Shown: positions 1-9,471 of the stretch, in pieces | Position numbering within the stretch: the stretch's first letter is position 1 | Layout: the number at the start of each line of letters is the position of its first letter | Origin: Clostridiales bacterium | Lineage (GTDB): Bacteria; Bacillota; Clostridia; Christensenellales; Christensenellaceae | Reading direction: 5' to 3' | DNA length: 33,121 nt | Assembly: GCA_003510345.1 (NCBI GenBank) | Contig: DOMW01000201.1 | Location: 1-33,121, forward strand | Notes under the pieces: model-generated | Database searches by the model: none | Told to the model about the DNA's origin: nothing | What the model saw: the letters and a program-made list of their open reading frames with translations, nothing else | Made by a program: the position numbers and the translations under genes

Positions 1-90
1 TTGACCCCAAAGGAATACCTGCGAGAAAACGCAAGATTGTTTTGCTGTTTTGCTTTTATTTTTTATCAGTTTTACTTTCTTTACAGGATT

Positions 91-116
91 AGGAAAGGCA
101 TATCAGTACCTTTCCT
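91..116 (+). terminator. Stem-loop in the gap upstream of pstC (AGGAAAGG-N10-CCTTTCCT), preceded by a T-rich tract. Candidate attenuator or mRNA-stabilising hairpin after an upstream pstS lying outside the window.
   Basis: 8-bp perfect inverted repeat at 91-98 / 109-116, located between a T-rich stretch (about 40-80) and the pstC ribosome-binding site. Confidence 0.35.
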
Positions 117-150
117 CCTGCAAAGATATCTGAAATTACGAGGAGGGGAA

Positions 151-1089
151 ATGCCTTTGGAAGGTACAACCATATTCGCACGCGCCAGAAGCAAGTCATT
201 GATCGAACGCACGATGAAAGCCGTTTTTATTGTATGCGGCTGTTTTGCGATTGCCGCCGTGCTGGTCATCACAATCTATATGATCTCCTCCGGCGCGCCG
301 GCCATGTTCCAGATCGGGTTTGCCGAGTTTTTTCTGGGGACGGAATGGGCGCCCACCGCGGCCGACCCGCAGTTTGGCATACTGCCGCTGATCTTAACAT
401 CGCTCACCGGCACGGGGCTGACCATAGCCGTGGGCGTGCCCATCGCGCTTATGTCCGCCGTGTTCGTGGCGGAGATGGCGCATGGCCGCCTCGCGAAAAT
501 CGTCCGGCCCGCCATCGAATTGCTGGCGGGTATCCCGTCAGTAGTTTACGGTTTGCTGGGCCTGATTTTGCTGGTGCCGATGATCAGCAAGCTGGAGGGC
601 AACGTATTCGCGGGCGACCCCACACATACGTTCACGGGCGGGGCAAACCTGCTTTCGGGCGTGGTGGTGCTGATTATCATGATATTGCCCACCGTGGTGA
701 ATATCTCCATCACCTCGCTCCGGGCCGTCCCGCCGGAATACAAGGAGGCGTCGCTCGCTATGGGCGCAACAAAGGTGCAAACCATATTCAAGGTGATGAT
801 CCCCGCCGCCCGGTCGGGCATTGTGACAGGCGTGGTGCTGGGCATTGGCCGCGCGCTGGGCGAGGCGATGGCCATTATCCTTGTTTCCGGCAACGTGGTA
901 AACATGCCGGGGCTGTTTGCCAGCGTACGTTTTTTGACCACGGGTATTGTATCCGAAATGAGCTATGCTTCGGGGTTGCACCGTGAGGCGCTGTTCTCCA
1001 TCGGCCTGGTGCTGTTTGTGTTCATTATGGTAATCAATATTGTGCTGAACACCCTGCTGAAAAAGGAGGGCGCGCGAAATGACGCATGA
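151..1089 (+). CDS. pstC: Phosphate ABC transporter permease PstC
   Basis: Within ORF 1..1089. The ATG at 151 is preceded by AGGAGGGG at 141-148. Multi-TM protein with a permease EAA-type loop (EYKEASLAMGATKVQTIFKVMIPAARSGI). Followed by pstA, pstB and phoU. Confidence 0.9.
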   Translation: MPLEGTTIFARARSKSLIERTMKAVFIVCGCFAIAAVLVITIYMISSGAPAMFQIGFAEFFLGTEWAPTAADPQFGILPLILTSLTGTGLTIAVGVPIALMSAVFVAEMAHGRLAKIVRPAIELLAGIPSVVYGLLGLILLVPMISKLEGNVFAGDPTHTFTGGANLLSGVVVLIIMILPTVVNISITSLRAVPPEYKEASLAMGATKVQTIFKVMIPAARSGIVTGVVLGIGRALGEAMAIILVSGNVVNMPGLFASVRFLTTGIVSEMSYASGLHREALFSIGLVLFVFIMVINIVLNTLLKKEGARNDA

Positions 1090-1963
1090 CAAACTCTCTA
1101 ATCACATCAGCCTGACGCACAGAAAACGCCGCCCGGCGGACGCCGCCTTAAAAGGTATTATTTATTTCTGCGCTATACTGGTGGTTGCCGTATTGTTTTA
1201 TATGCTGGCCTATATCATGGTGCGGGGGCTGCCCAATGTTACATGGCAATTCCTCTCTACCGCGCCCAGCGCGCTGAACAAAACGGTGGGCATTTTGCCG
1301 GGCGTCATCAATACGCTTTATATGATCGGCATCACGCTGCTGATTGCCACGCCCATTGGCGTGGGCGGGGCGATTTACCTGAGCGAATACGCAAAGCGCG
1401 GTGGGATTGTGCGCGTGATCGAGTTTACCACCGAAACGCTGGCAGGTATACCGTCCGTGCTGTACGGGCTGTTTGGCGCGCTGTTTTTCGGCATCGCGTT
1501 CAAACTGGGGTACTCTATACTGGCGGGGTCGCTCACAATGGTGCTGATGGTACTGCCCATCATTGTACGCACAACGCAGGAGGCGCTCAAAACCGTACCC
1601 GAGCCGTACCGCGAGGGGGCGCTGGGCATTGGCGCGACCAAATGGTACATGATCCGCACGATCATCCTGCCCTCCGCTCTGCCCGGCGTGATCACGGCAA
1701 TCATCCTCGCCATCGGCAGAATTGTGGGGGAATCGGCCGCGCTGATCTTCACATCCGGCATCGGAACCAATATGCCGCGCGGCTTTTTCTCGCATATGAC
1801 GGAATCGGGCGCGACGCTCACGGTACAGCTTTATACCTACGCGGCCAAAGGGCAAAACGAGTACGCGTTCGGCATCGCGGCGGTGCTGGTCATCATTGTG
1901 CTGGTAATCAACCTGCTGACGAATTATATGAGTAAGAAATTTAATGTGAATCATAAAAAATAG
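1079..1963 (+). CDS. pstA: Phosphate ABC transporter permease PstA
   Basis: ORF 1079..1963 overlaps the pstC end by 11 nt. Multi-TM protein with an EAA loop ([29 protein letters not shown]). Confidence 0.9.
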   Translation: MTHDKLSNHISLTHRKRRPADAALKGIIYFCAILVVAVLFYMLAYIMVRGLPNVTWQFLSTAPSALNKTVGILPGVINTLYMIGITLLIATPIGVGGAIYLSEYAKRGGIVRVIEFTTETLAGIPSVLYGLFGALFFGIAFKLGYSILAGSLTMVLMVLPIIVRTTQEALKTVPEPYREGALGIGATKWYMIRTIILPSALPGVITAIILAIGRIVGESAALIFTSGIGTNMPRGFFSHMTESGATLTVQLYTYAAKGQNEYAFGIAAVLVIIVLVINLLTNYMSKKFNVNHKK

Positions 1964-1977
1964 ATGAGGGTAGGACA

Positions 1978-2739
1978 TTGGAAACGGACGTAAAAATAAG
2001 AACAAGCAACTTAAACCTGCATTACGGGCAGAACCACGCGCTCAGGGACGTGAATATGGATATCGCCGCCGGGGAGATCACCGCGCTGATCGGCCCTTCC
2101 GGCTGCGGGAAATCGACTTACTTAAAAACGCTCAACCGCATGAACGACCTGGTGGACGGCGTTACGATCACCGGCAAGGTCGAACTGGACGGGGAGGATA
2201 TTTACGACCCGCAGGTGGACGTAACGATACTGCGCAAAAAGGTGGGTATGGTATTCCAGAAGCCCAACCCATTCCCGATGAGCATCTATGACAACATCGC
2301 CTATGGCCCGCGCATTCACGGCATCAAAGCGAGGTCGGAGCTGGACAGTATTGTGGAGCAGTCCTTAAAAGGCGCCGCGCTCTGGGGGGAAGTGCATGAC
2401 CGGCTCAGGAAGAGCGCGCTTTCCCTTTCCGGCGGGCAGCAGCAGCGCATGTGCATCGCGCGCGCCATCGCGGTGTCGCCCGATGTCATTTTGATGGACG
2501 AGCCCACTTCGGCGCTCGACCCCATTTCCACCACGAAAATCGAAGACCTGATGAGCGAGCTTAAAAAGCGGTACACCGTGGTCATCGTCACGCACAACAT
2601 GCAGCAGGCGGTGCGTATATCAGACAAGACGGCCTTTTTCCTGCTGGGCGACATGGTGGAATATGGCGATACGGACGCTATATTCGGCTCGCCGCGGGAT
2701 AAGCGCACAGAAGATTATATTACAGGGAGATTTGGCTGA
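1978..2739 (+). CDS. pstB: Phosphate import ATP-binding protein PstB
   Basis: Walker [10 protein letters not shown], signature [14 protein letters not shown] and Walker [15 protein letters not shown] start at 1978. Operon position after pstA. Confidence 0.93.
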   Translation: METDVKIRTSNLNLHYGQNHALRDVNMDIAAGEITALIGPSGCGKSTYLKTLNRMNDLVDGVTITGKVELDGEDIYDPQVDVTILRKKVGMVFQKPNPFPMSIYDNIAYGPRIHGIKARSELDSIVEQSLKGAALWGEVHDRLRKSALSLSGGQQQRMCIARAIAVSPDVILMDEPTSALDPISTTKIEDLMSELKKRYTVVIVTHNMQQAVRISDKTAFFLLGDMVEYGDTDAIFGSPRDKRTEDYITGRFG

Positions 2740-2740
2740 C

Positions 2741-3400
2741 ATGACAAGAAACAGGTACGAACAGGAACTGGAAGCGCTAAATTTAGACCTCATCCGCATG
2801 GGCGCTATGACGGAGCAGGCCATTGAACAGGCCATGCAGGTATTGGATACCTGCGATATCGAACTAGCGTATAAGGTTATTGAAGCGGACGACGCGGTTG
2901 ACCAGATGGCGCGGCAGATCGAGACCCGGTCTATGAAGCTGATTATGAAGCAGCAGCCGGTAGCGGGCGACCTGCGTATCATATCGGCGGCACTTAAAAT
3001 GATAACCGACCTCGAGCGTATCGGCGACCAGGCGGCGGATATTGCCGAAATTGCCGTCATGCTGTGTAAAAAACCGGGCGGGCAGAAGCCGGGGCATATT
3101 AAAGAGATGGAAAAGCAGGCGGTGGACATGGTGCGCGCCGCAGTGGATTCCTATGTAAAAATGAGCGCCGAAGCAGCCGGGCGGGTCATCCAAATGGATA
3201 CGGCGCAGGACGAGCTTTTCAATACGGTAAAGCAGGAACTGATGGAGCTTGCGTATGGGGACAGGAACGCCATTGATTACGTTGTGGACTTCCTGCTTAT
3301 CATAAAGTATCTGGAGCGCATCAGCGACCACGCGGAAAATATTGCCGACTGGACGCTGTTTGCCATCGACGGCACGCACAAAAATGAGCGCATCCTATAG
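2741..3400 (+). CDS. phoU: Phosphate signalling accessory protein PhoU
   Basis: ATG at 2741, 2 nt after the pstB stop, inside the longer ORF 2663..3400. Two PhoU repeats with ERIGDQAADIAE and ERISDHAENIAD motifs. Confidence 0.9.
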   Translation: MTRNRYEQELEALNLDLIRMGAMTEQAIEQAMQVLDTCDIELAYKVIEADDAVDQMARQIETRSMKLIMKQQPVAGDLRIISAALKMITDLERIGDQAADIAEIAVMLCKKPGGQKPGHIKEMEKQAVDMVRAAVDSYVKMSAEAAGRVIQMDTAQDELFNTVKQELMELAYGDRNAIDYVVDFLLIIKYLERISDHAENIADWTLFAIDGTHKNERIL

Positions 3401-3448
3401 ATGATAGATATGATATAATGTACGCAAAAAGCGGTAGGAGCATTTTTT

Positions 3449-4120
3449 ATGGCGGTAATCCATGTGGTGGAAGACGACGCGTCTGTGCGCGAACTGATCC
3501 GCGTTACGCTGCAATCGGGCGGCTTTGACGTGCGGGCGTTTGCGTCGGGCGAAGATTTCCTGGCCAGCCATAACAACGAGGCCGATTTGATTTTGCTGGA
3601 TATCATGCTGCCGGGGATAGACGGCCTTGCGGTATTAAAGCGGCTGCAAAATATGGGGTGCGAGATCCCCGTTATTTTATTGACGGCCCGGAACACGGAG
3701 ATCGACAAAGTAACGGGACTGGACATGGGCGCAAGTGATTACATTGCCAAGCCGTTCGGCGTGCTGGAGCTGATCGCGCGGGTCAAGGCGGCGCTGCGCC
3801 GCACCCACAAGCCATCGGATGAGATACAAGCCGGCATTGTCAGCCTGAACCTGTCCAAGCGCAAAGCTTATGTGAACGGGCTCGCCGCCACACTGACCTA
3901 CAAGGAATTTGAGATGCTGCACCTTTTCATGCGCAATGAAGGCATCGTGCTGACGCGCGACCGGTTTTTGGATAAAATATGGGGTGTGGAGACGGGCATC
4001 GAGACGCGTACGGTGGATGTGCATATCAAAACGTTGCGCGCGAAGCTGGGCGCGGCGGGCAAGTATATCAAAACCGTGCGAAACGTGGGGTATGTGTTTT
4101 CCCCCGCGGAGGTGGAATAA
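3449..4120 (+). CDS. phoP: OmpR/PhoB-family response regulator (PhoP-like)
   Basis: Ribosome-binding site TAGGAG upstream. Receiver domain (LILLDIMLPGIDG) plus a winged-helix C-terminus (TRTVDVHIKTLRAKLG...VRNVGYVF). Sits directly after pstCAB-phoU. Confidence 0.85.
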   Translation: MAVIHVVEDDASVRELIRVTLQSGGFDVRAFASGEDFLASHNNEADLILLDIMLPGIDGLAVLKRLQNMGCEIPVILLTARNTEIDKVTGLDMGASDYIAKPFGVLELIARVKAALRRTHKPSDEIQAGIVSLNLSKRKAYVNGLAATLTYKEFEMLHLFMRNEGIVLTRDRFLDKIWGVETGIETRTVDVHIKTLRAKLGAAGKYIKTVRNVGYVFSPAEVE

Positions 4121-4121
4121 A

Positions 4122-5843
4122 TTGAAAAAACGAATCGTGCTACTCATCGTGTGCGTCACCGTCGTCGCGCAGGTCATAACGATGGCCGCGGCGGTGAACA
4201 GTTTTAAAAATACATACCAGGCCAACATGACAGCGTTCTTAAAAGGCAATATCAACGCGATTGAACTGGGGGAGCATGGGTTGCCGGACGACCCGCAAGC
4301 CGCCGCGGTACAGTACGCGAAGGCATTCGGGCAGAATATCCGGGTCACCATGATCGGAAGCGACGGTACGGTATTGGCGGACACACAGGCCGACCCCGCC
4401 GCGCTGGGCAACCACAACGACCGGAGCGAAGTGATACAGGCGCGGGCGGATGGGTTCGGCACGGCCGTGCGGATGTCTGAATCGGTGGGGGAGGACACGC
4501 TGTACGCGGCCAAAGCGGTCGGCGATTCCGTTATCCGGCTGTCTATGCCCATGGCAAGCATGGCGCGGTTTGTCAACCAGGCGCTGCCGGTTATGATTCT
4601 CGCGTTTGTCATCCTGACGGTCGTCGCGTCGGTTTTCGCGGGAATGCTGGCAAAAGGCGTGCTGGCGCCCATGGAAAAACTGCATGATTCCATACAAAAT
4701 TATATGAACGGAAAAATAGATGAAATCCGCATTGAAAGCAAGTACGTTGAACTGGACGACATCTCGCAGGCTTTCGCCGGGCTGACGGACAAACTGAAAC
4801 GGTATATCGCGCAGGCGAAGCTGGAGAATAAAAAATCCGCTGTCATACTCGATAATATCCAGGAAGGCTTGCTGGTGCTGGATGAGGACAGGAACGTGCT
4901 GCTGATCAACAGCGCGGCACGCGCGATCTTTGGCGCACGCGGCGATATCGGGATGGCCAACTTGCTGCATTTCACACACGCGCCGGAAATTACACGGCCC
5001 ATCGATAAAGCGTTTGACGAGCGCAAAACGACATCCTTTGACGTGCCGGACACGAAGACGGGGAAAACGTATCGTTACTACCTGAGTTTCGTCTCCCCCG
5101 GCACATTCGCCGAGCGCGGAGACGGCATACTGGTGCTGATCATGGACGTGTCCGATACGGTCTACTCGGAGCAGATCAGGCGGGGGTTCGCGGCCAATGT
5201 ATCGCACGAACTCAAAACGCCGCTGACCTCCATTAACGGCTACGCGCAGCTTTTGGAAAACGGCATGGTGCAGGACGAGCGGGACATCCAAAAATACGCG
5301 CACCGCATCACTCGTGAGGCCGACCGGCTGATGGGGCTGATCAACGATACGCTGGCGCTTTCCGAGCTGGATGATATTTCGATAGACGAGGTTACGGAGC
5401 CGGTTGCCATCCATGACGTCGCGCGTGACGTACAATGTGTGCTGGCGCAGAATTTACAGGAAAAAGGCGTGACCATGACGGTAACCGGCGAGGCGGCGAT
5501 GGTCGCGAACAAAAACCGGGTACGGGCGCTGCTGCTCAATTTGTGCGACAATGCAATCAAATACAACCGCGCGGGCGGCAGCGTGGATGTTGTGCTGTCG
5601 GAAACGGAGGGCGGCGAAATTTCCATCACCGTCCGGGATACGGGGATCGGGATTCCGGAGGGTGAAAAAGACCGCGTGTTCGAGCGGTTTTACCGCGCGA
5701 AGAACGCGGGCGGCGCCACGATAGACGGAACGGGGCTGGGCCTTGCCATTGTGAAGCATATTGTGCAGCTTTACGGCGGGCATATTACGCTGGATTCCAC
5801 GGAAAGCGTGGGCAGTGAAATTACAGTGCGGTTTCGCGGGTAG
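4122..5843 (+). CDS. phoR: Phosphate-sensing-type histidine kinase (PhoR-like)
   Basis: In-frame TTG at 4122 directly after the regulator stop; the ORF table extends upstream to 3984 through the regulator gene. N-terminal TM segments, H-box ANVSHELKTPLTSI, N-box LCDNAIKYN, G-boxes VRDTGIGIPE and GTGLGLAIVKH. Confidence 0.85.
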   Translation: MKKRIVLLIVCVTVVAQVITMAAAVNSFKNTYQANMTAFLKGNINAIELGEHGLPDDPQAAAVQYAKAFGQNIRVTMIGSDGTVLADTQADPAALGNHNDRSEVIQARADGFGTAVRMSESVGEDTLYAAKAVGDSVIRLSMPMASMARFVNQALPVMILAFVILTVVASVFAGMLAKGVLAPMEKLHDSIQNYMNGKIDEIRIESKYVELDDISQAFAGLTDKLKRYIAQAKLENKKSAVILDNIQEGLLVLDEDRNVLLINSAARAIFGARGDIGMANLLHFTHAPEITRPIDKAFDERKTTSFDVPDTKTGKTYRYYLSFVSPGTFAERGDGILVLIMDVSDTVYSEQIRRGFAANVSHELKTPLTSINGYAQLLENGMVQDERDIQKYAHRITREADRLMGLINDTLALSELDDISIDEVTEPVAIHDVARDVQCVLAQNLQEKGVTMTVTGEAAMVANKNRVRALLLNLCDNAIKYNRAGGSVDVVLSETEGGEISITVRDTGIGIPEGEKDRVFERFYRAKNAGGATIDGTGLGLAIVKHIVQLYGGHITLDSTESVGSEITVRFRG

Positions 5844-5869
5844 GGCAGCTTAAAAGCTTGTGCGCAGTA

Positions 5870-7177
5870 TCAGGCGTTGGTTATTGTATCCATGCCCCCC
5901 GCCGCTTCCATACCAAGCTTCATCACCAGCCGCATCGTAAACTTACCGTCAATGTTGCTGAAATCCAGCATACAATCATTATCCTGCGCGAAGGTGGCTA
6001 TAGAGCGCACGCCTATGCCGTGGCCGAGTTCATTGGTTACAGGCAAGCCTTCCTCGTCGAATTCCACAGGTGCGGCGCAGTGGTTTATAACCTCGAGGCC
6101 AATCTGATTGCCGCTCTGAAGAAGCTTTACCCGGATAACCCGTTTATCATCCTCCGATACTTTGTCGGTAGCGGCCAGCGCGTTTTCAAGGGCGTTTGCC
6201 ACCATGACGGAGAGCTTTATTGTGTCCAGGGGAAGCTTGCCGGGGATATTAGAAGTCATATACATATGGATATTCCTATCCTTTGCCCTGCGGAGGGAAC
6301 GAGTGAGTATCGCGTTCAGCACAGGCTCGGCGCACAAAAGCGCCGGCATTGCGTCTGTGAGCGCGGTTTGCCAATCGGCATACACCGCCTCCGCCTCGGC
6401 GGTTCTGCCGGTGCGGTAAAGCTCCATGATGACGCCCATCTCATGGCGCATATCGTGGCGCAGTATTTCCATATCCTCCCGGTGCTTTCTATCGTTAGCG
6501 GTTTGCTCGCGCATGGCGCTCATTTGCAGGCTGAGCGTCCCCGCGCGATGCTCCCCCGCGGTCTTCTCATGGGTGGTTATCACCGTATAGCACAAGATGC
6601 CAAAGCTAATAAGGATGAGCATCGTCAAGGCAATATACAGCAGCGCGCCGACGACCGGCCACTGCAATGCCGACAACATGAAAAATGAAAACGCCGCGCC
6701 GAAAGAATATAAGACCCAAACGGCAGTGCGGTCGTCCACAAACAGCCGTTCAAAAAACCGCCTCCCGAAGCGCAGTACCAGTATCAAATATACGCAGAGC
6801 AGCAACATGGACAGCACAAAGAACGCGATCTGGCCATCCGGGCGCTCGGTGCTTGTTACCAAATTGACCAGCAAATTGGCAATGGATACATTCAGGGAAG
6901 AGAGCTGCCCGCCCATAAAGAACGCGAACAACTTTTGGAAGGGCTGCCCGCGAAACAACAGCATCATAACCGGTATAATGATAACGCCGCCATAAGGCGC
7001 AAAAGCCGTGCGCATGATGATGGGGTTATAAATGAATTGTATGGCCGCCGCGCAAACGGCAAACACCAAGATTGTAAACAATAATCCGTATTTGGGGCGG
7101 AAACAAAGAAACATCGTCACGATATTAACAACCAGCACGATCGGCCCTATCAATGTAATTGCGAGTTCAAAATTCAT
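5870..7177 (-). CDS. Membrane sensor histidine kinase, AgrC/HPK10-like (GHKL ATPase), distal copy
   Basis: About 200 aa of polytopic membrane domain, then RHDMRHEMG (H-box like RHDxxNH of AgrC-type kinases), ANALENA (N-box) and GHGIGVRSI (G-box). The start overlaps the stop of the upstream paralog (ATGA at 7174-7177). Confidence 0.8.
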   Translation of the reverse strand: MNFELAITLIGPIVLVVNIVTMFLCFRPKYGLLFTILVFAVCAAAIQFIYNPIIMRTAFAPYGGVIIIPVMMLLFRGQPFQKLFAFFMGGQLSSLNVSIANLLVNLVTSTERPDGQIAFFVLSMLLLCVYLILVLRFGRRFFERLFVDDRTAVWVLYSFGAAFSFFMLSALQWPVVGALLYIALTMLILISFGILCYTVITTHEKTAGEHRAGTLSLQMSAMREQTANDRKHREDMEILRHDMRHEMGVIMELYRTGRTAEAEAVYADWQTALTDAMPALLCAEPVLNAILTRSLRRAKDRNIHMYMTSNIPGKLPLDTIKLSVMVANALENALAATDKVSEDDKRVIRVKLLQSGNQIGLEVINHCAAPVEFDEEGLPVTNELGHGIGVRSIATFAQDNDCMLDFSNIDGKFTMRLVMKLGMEAAGGMDTITNA

Positions 7178-8466
7178 TCCCCGCCCGCCCCCTGCGCATC
7201 CAGCTTCATCACCAGCCGCATCGTAAATTTACCGTCAATATTGCTGAAATCCAGCATACAGTTATTGTCTTGCGCGAAGGCGGCTATGGAGCGCACGCCT
7301 ATGCCGTGTCCTTGTTCTCTGGTTACAGGCAAGCCTTTTTCATCGAATTCCACAGGCGCGGCGCAGGGGTTGATAACCTCAAGGCCAATCTGATTGCCGC
7401 TCTGAAGAAGCTTTACCCGGATGACCCGCTTATCATCCTCCTGTACCTTGTCGGTAGCGGCCAGCGCGTTTTCCAGCGCGTTTGCAATCATGACGGAGAG
7501 CTTTATTGTATCTATGGGAAGGGTGCCGGGGACATTCGTGTTTACATAAAGAAAGATATTCATATCCTTCGCCCTATGCGCAAAGCGGGTGAGCACTGCG
7601 TTCAAAATTGGCTCCGCGCATAAAAGCGCCGGTACCGCTTCTTTAAGCGCATTCTGCCAATCCGCGTAAATCGTTTCCGCTTCGGCGGCTTTGCCCGCGC
7701 GGTAAAGCTCCATAATGACGCCCATCTCATGGCGCATATCGTGGCGCAATATCTCCATAGTATCACGGTGCTTCTTTTCAGATTCTGTCTGTTCGCGCAT
7801 TGCGCCCATCTGCAAGGCCAGCGTTTCGGCATTGTGCTCTTGCGCCGCTTTTTCATGTATGTTGATAATCGTAAAGCACAGCACCCCAAAGCTCCAGAGT
7901 ATAAACAACATCAAGGCGATATACAGGGCGGCGCCCAGGGCTGTCCAATCTACCGATAAGAAAAGTATAAAGGAGAACATGGCCCCAAGTGAGTAGACAG
8001 CCCACACGCCGCGCCTGCCGTCTAGAAACATCCGGTCAAAGAGCCGCCGCCCATACCTAAGCACCAGCGCCAGATAAATTGCCAGCAGGACAAGCGAGAT
8101 AACAAGAAACATGGTCATGGCATAGGGGCTTTCATATCCTATGGTTGCGCCGACTAAAGCGTCAGCAATATGGGTTGGTAAAGCGGTGACCTGATATTGC
8201 ATAAAGAACGCGAACGCGATCTGAAATGGATGCCCGCGAAAAAGGAGCAGAAACCCGGGCAGGAATAAAATCCCGCAGAACCGCACGAGGGACATATCCC
8301 ACATTCCCACCAGCAAAGTAAGAAGATGAACAACCACTGCGTTTATGGCAAGCATACACAGCGTGAAAAGCGTTCCCCGTCTGGGCTGCAAACAAAGGAA
8401 CATGATTATGATATTCGTGGCGACAACTACCGGCCCAATATAGGGAATGGCACTATCAAGAATCAT
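7174..8466 (-). CDS. Membrane sensor histidine kinase, AgrC/HPK10-like, proximal copy (paralog of 5870..7177)
   Basis: Same architecture and motifs as the neighbouring kinase. The start overlaps the stop of the LytTR regulator (ATGA at 8463-8466). Confidence 0.8.
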   Translation of the reverse strand: MILDSAIPYIGPVVVATNIIIMFLCLQPRRGTLFTLCMLAINAVVVHLLTLLVGMWDMSLVRFCGILFLPGFLLLFRGHPFQIAFAFFMQYQVTALPTHIADALVGATIGYESPYAMTMFLVISLVLLAIYLALVLRYGRRLFDRMFLDGRRGVWAVYSLGAMFSFILFLSVDWTALGAALYIALMLFILWSFGVLCFTIINIHEKAAQEHNAETLALQMGAMREQTESEKKHRDTMEILRHDMRHEMGVIMELYRAGKAAEAETIYADWQNALKEAVPALLCAEPILNAVLTRFAHRAKDMNIFLYVNTNVPGTLPIDTIKLSVMIANALENALAATDKVQEDDKRVIRVKLLQSGNQIGLEVINPCAAPVEFDEKGLPVTREQGHGIGVRSIAAFAQDNNCMLDFSNIDGKFTMRLVMKLDAQGAGGE

Positions 8467-9185
8467 AATGGCTCCTCCCGGAAGAAATATTGTAAATACT
8501 TTTCTTTGATTTCTCCTTTAGCCCGCTGCGCAATCGGCACGCTGCCGCCGACCCTCATAAACAGCGTATTCCCTTCTATGCTCTGCACATAATCCATATT
8601 GACGACAAAAGACGTATGCGGGCGGATGAACCGGCTGTCTGCCAGCAGCGGAGAGACCGCCTCTTCAAAAGGCACGCGCAGCGTCGTGCTCCTGTGCCCG
8701 GCGCCATCGGCAGTAATACAGTTAAGGGTGCGGTCCTCAAGCTCGCAGTAAACGATCCGGTGAAAGGGTATGGCCTCTGTGCCGTCCTTTGTTTTAAGTA
8801 TGAAGATTTTTGCGTTTCTATCTTTGACCGTAATAAGCGCGATATCAAGCGCGCGCTGCAACGTATCCAAATCTACCGGCTTGACGAGATATTGAGACGC
8901 ATAAACGCGGAAAGCGTCTAAAGAGCGGTCGTCCCGGTTGGTTAGGTAGATGATGACCGCTGTTTCGTCCAATTCCCGTATAAGCTGCGCCAGTTCAATA
9001 CCGTCCGGTTTCGGCATCACAACATCCAGTAAATACAAATCGAAAGCCGCGCCATCGTCTATATCCCGCGCGAGTTCACTTGAACTTGTATATACTCTGA
9101 TATCAAAATCTCCATAGGCGCGGACGAAACTGTCAATTTTTATGGCTTCAGCCGCTTCGTCATCGCAGATCGCAACCTTGATCAT
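8463..9185 (-). CDS. LytTR/AgrA-family response regulator
   Basis: GGGGAG ribosome-binding site 9 nt upstream. Receiver domain (FDLYLLDVVMPKPDGIE) plus a LytTR-type C-terminus (FIRPHTSFVVNMDYV). Confidence 0.88.
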   Translation of the reverse strand: MIKVAICDDEAAEAIKIDSFVRAYGDFDIRVYTSSSELARDIDDGAAFDLYLLDVVMPKPDGIELAQLIRELDETAVIIYLTNRDDRSLDAFRVYASQYLVKPVDLDTLQRALDIALITVKDRNAKIFILKTKDGTEAIPFHRIVYCELEDRTLNCITADGAGHRSTTLRVPFEEAVSPLLADSRFIRPHTSFVVNMDYVQSIEGNTLFMRVGGSVPIAQRAKGEIKEKYLQYFFREEPL

Positions 9186-9471
9186 AGGCTTTTACTCCCC
9201 TGCGGCAATCGCTGATTAAAGCGGATTCCGGCGGAGCCACGGGCAAAAAGGGCGTCACCGCAGCGCGGCCTGACAGGGTCAGCGGTTACCTTACCATCAT
9301 TATAGCACGAAACGTTCCGTATTCCAGCGATAACATCCAATCAATTATGTGCAGATAGCCATCATTTTTACGCACCCCCATTTTGGGAATGACCGGCTAT
9401 GCTAAGATGTTGTAATAGGTTTGTATGTAAAACGTTTTCAAGTCATGTATCATTTATTATGGGAGGTTGTT

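Noticed and set aside
234-2005. Long ORFs overlapping pstC/pstA in other frames or on the opposite strand (for example 234..986, 538..1092, 1148..2005, 1243..1935).
   Set aside because: Their translations are Arg/Gly/His-rich and low in complexity, as expected from off-frame reading of GC-rich genes. The pst reading frames carry clear family motifs. The same applies to antisense ORFs inside phoR, the kinases, the pot and rml genes and elsewhere.
5844-5869. A possible terminator hairpin between the convergent phoR and kinase genes (AGCTTAAAAGCT).
   Set aside because: It has only a 4-bp stem and no U-run, which is too weak to call.
9186-9420. A 31-codon minus-strand ORF (MGVRKNDGYLHIIDWMLSLEYGTFRAIMMVR) upstream of the LytTR regulator as a possible AgrD-like signal peptide.
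   Set aside because: It has no ribosome-binding site and no AgrB-like partner. It also overlaps the likely TATAAT promoter of the regulator operon. I cannot support it from the sequence.
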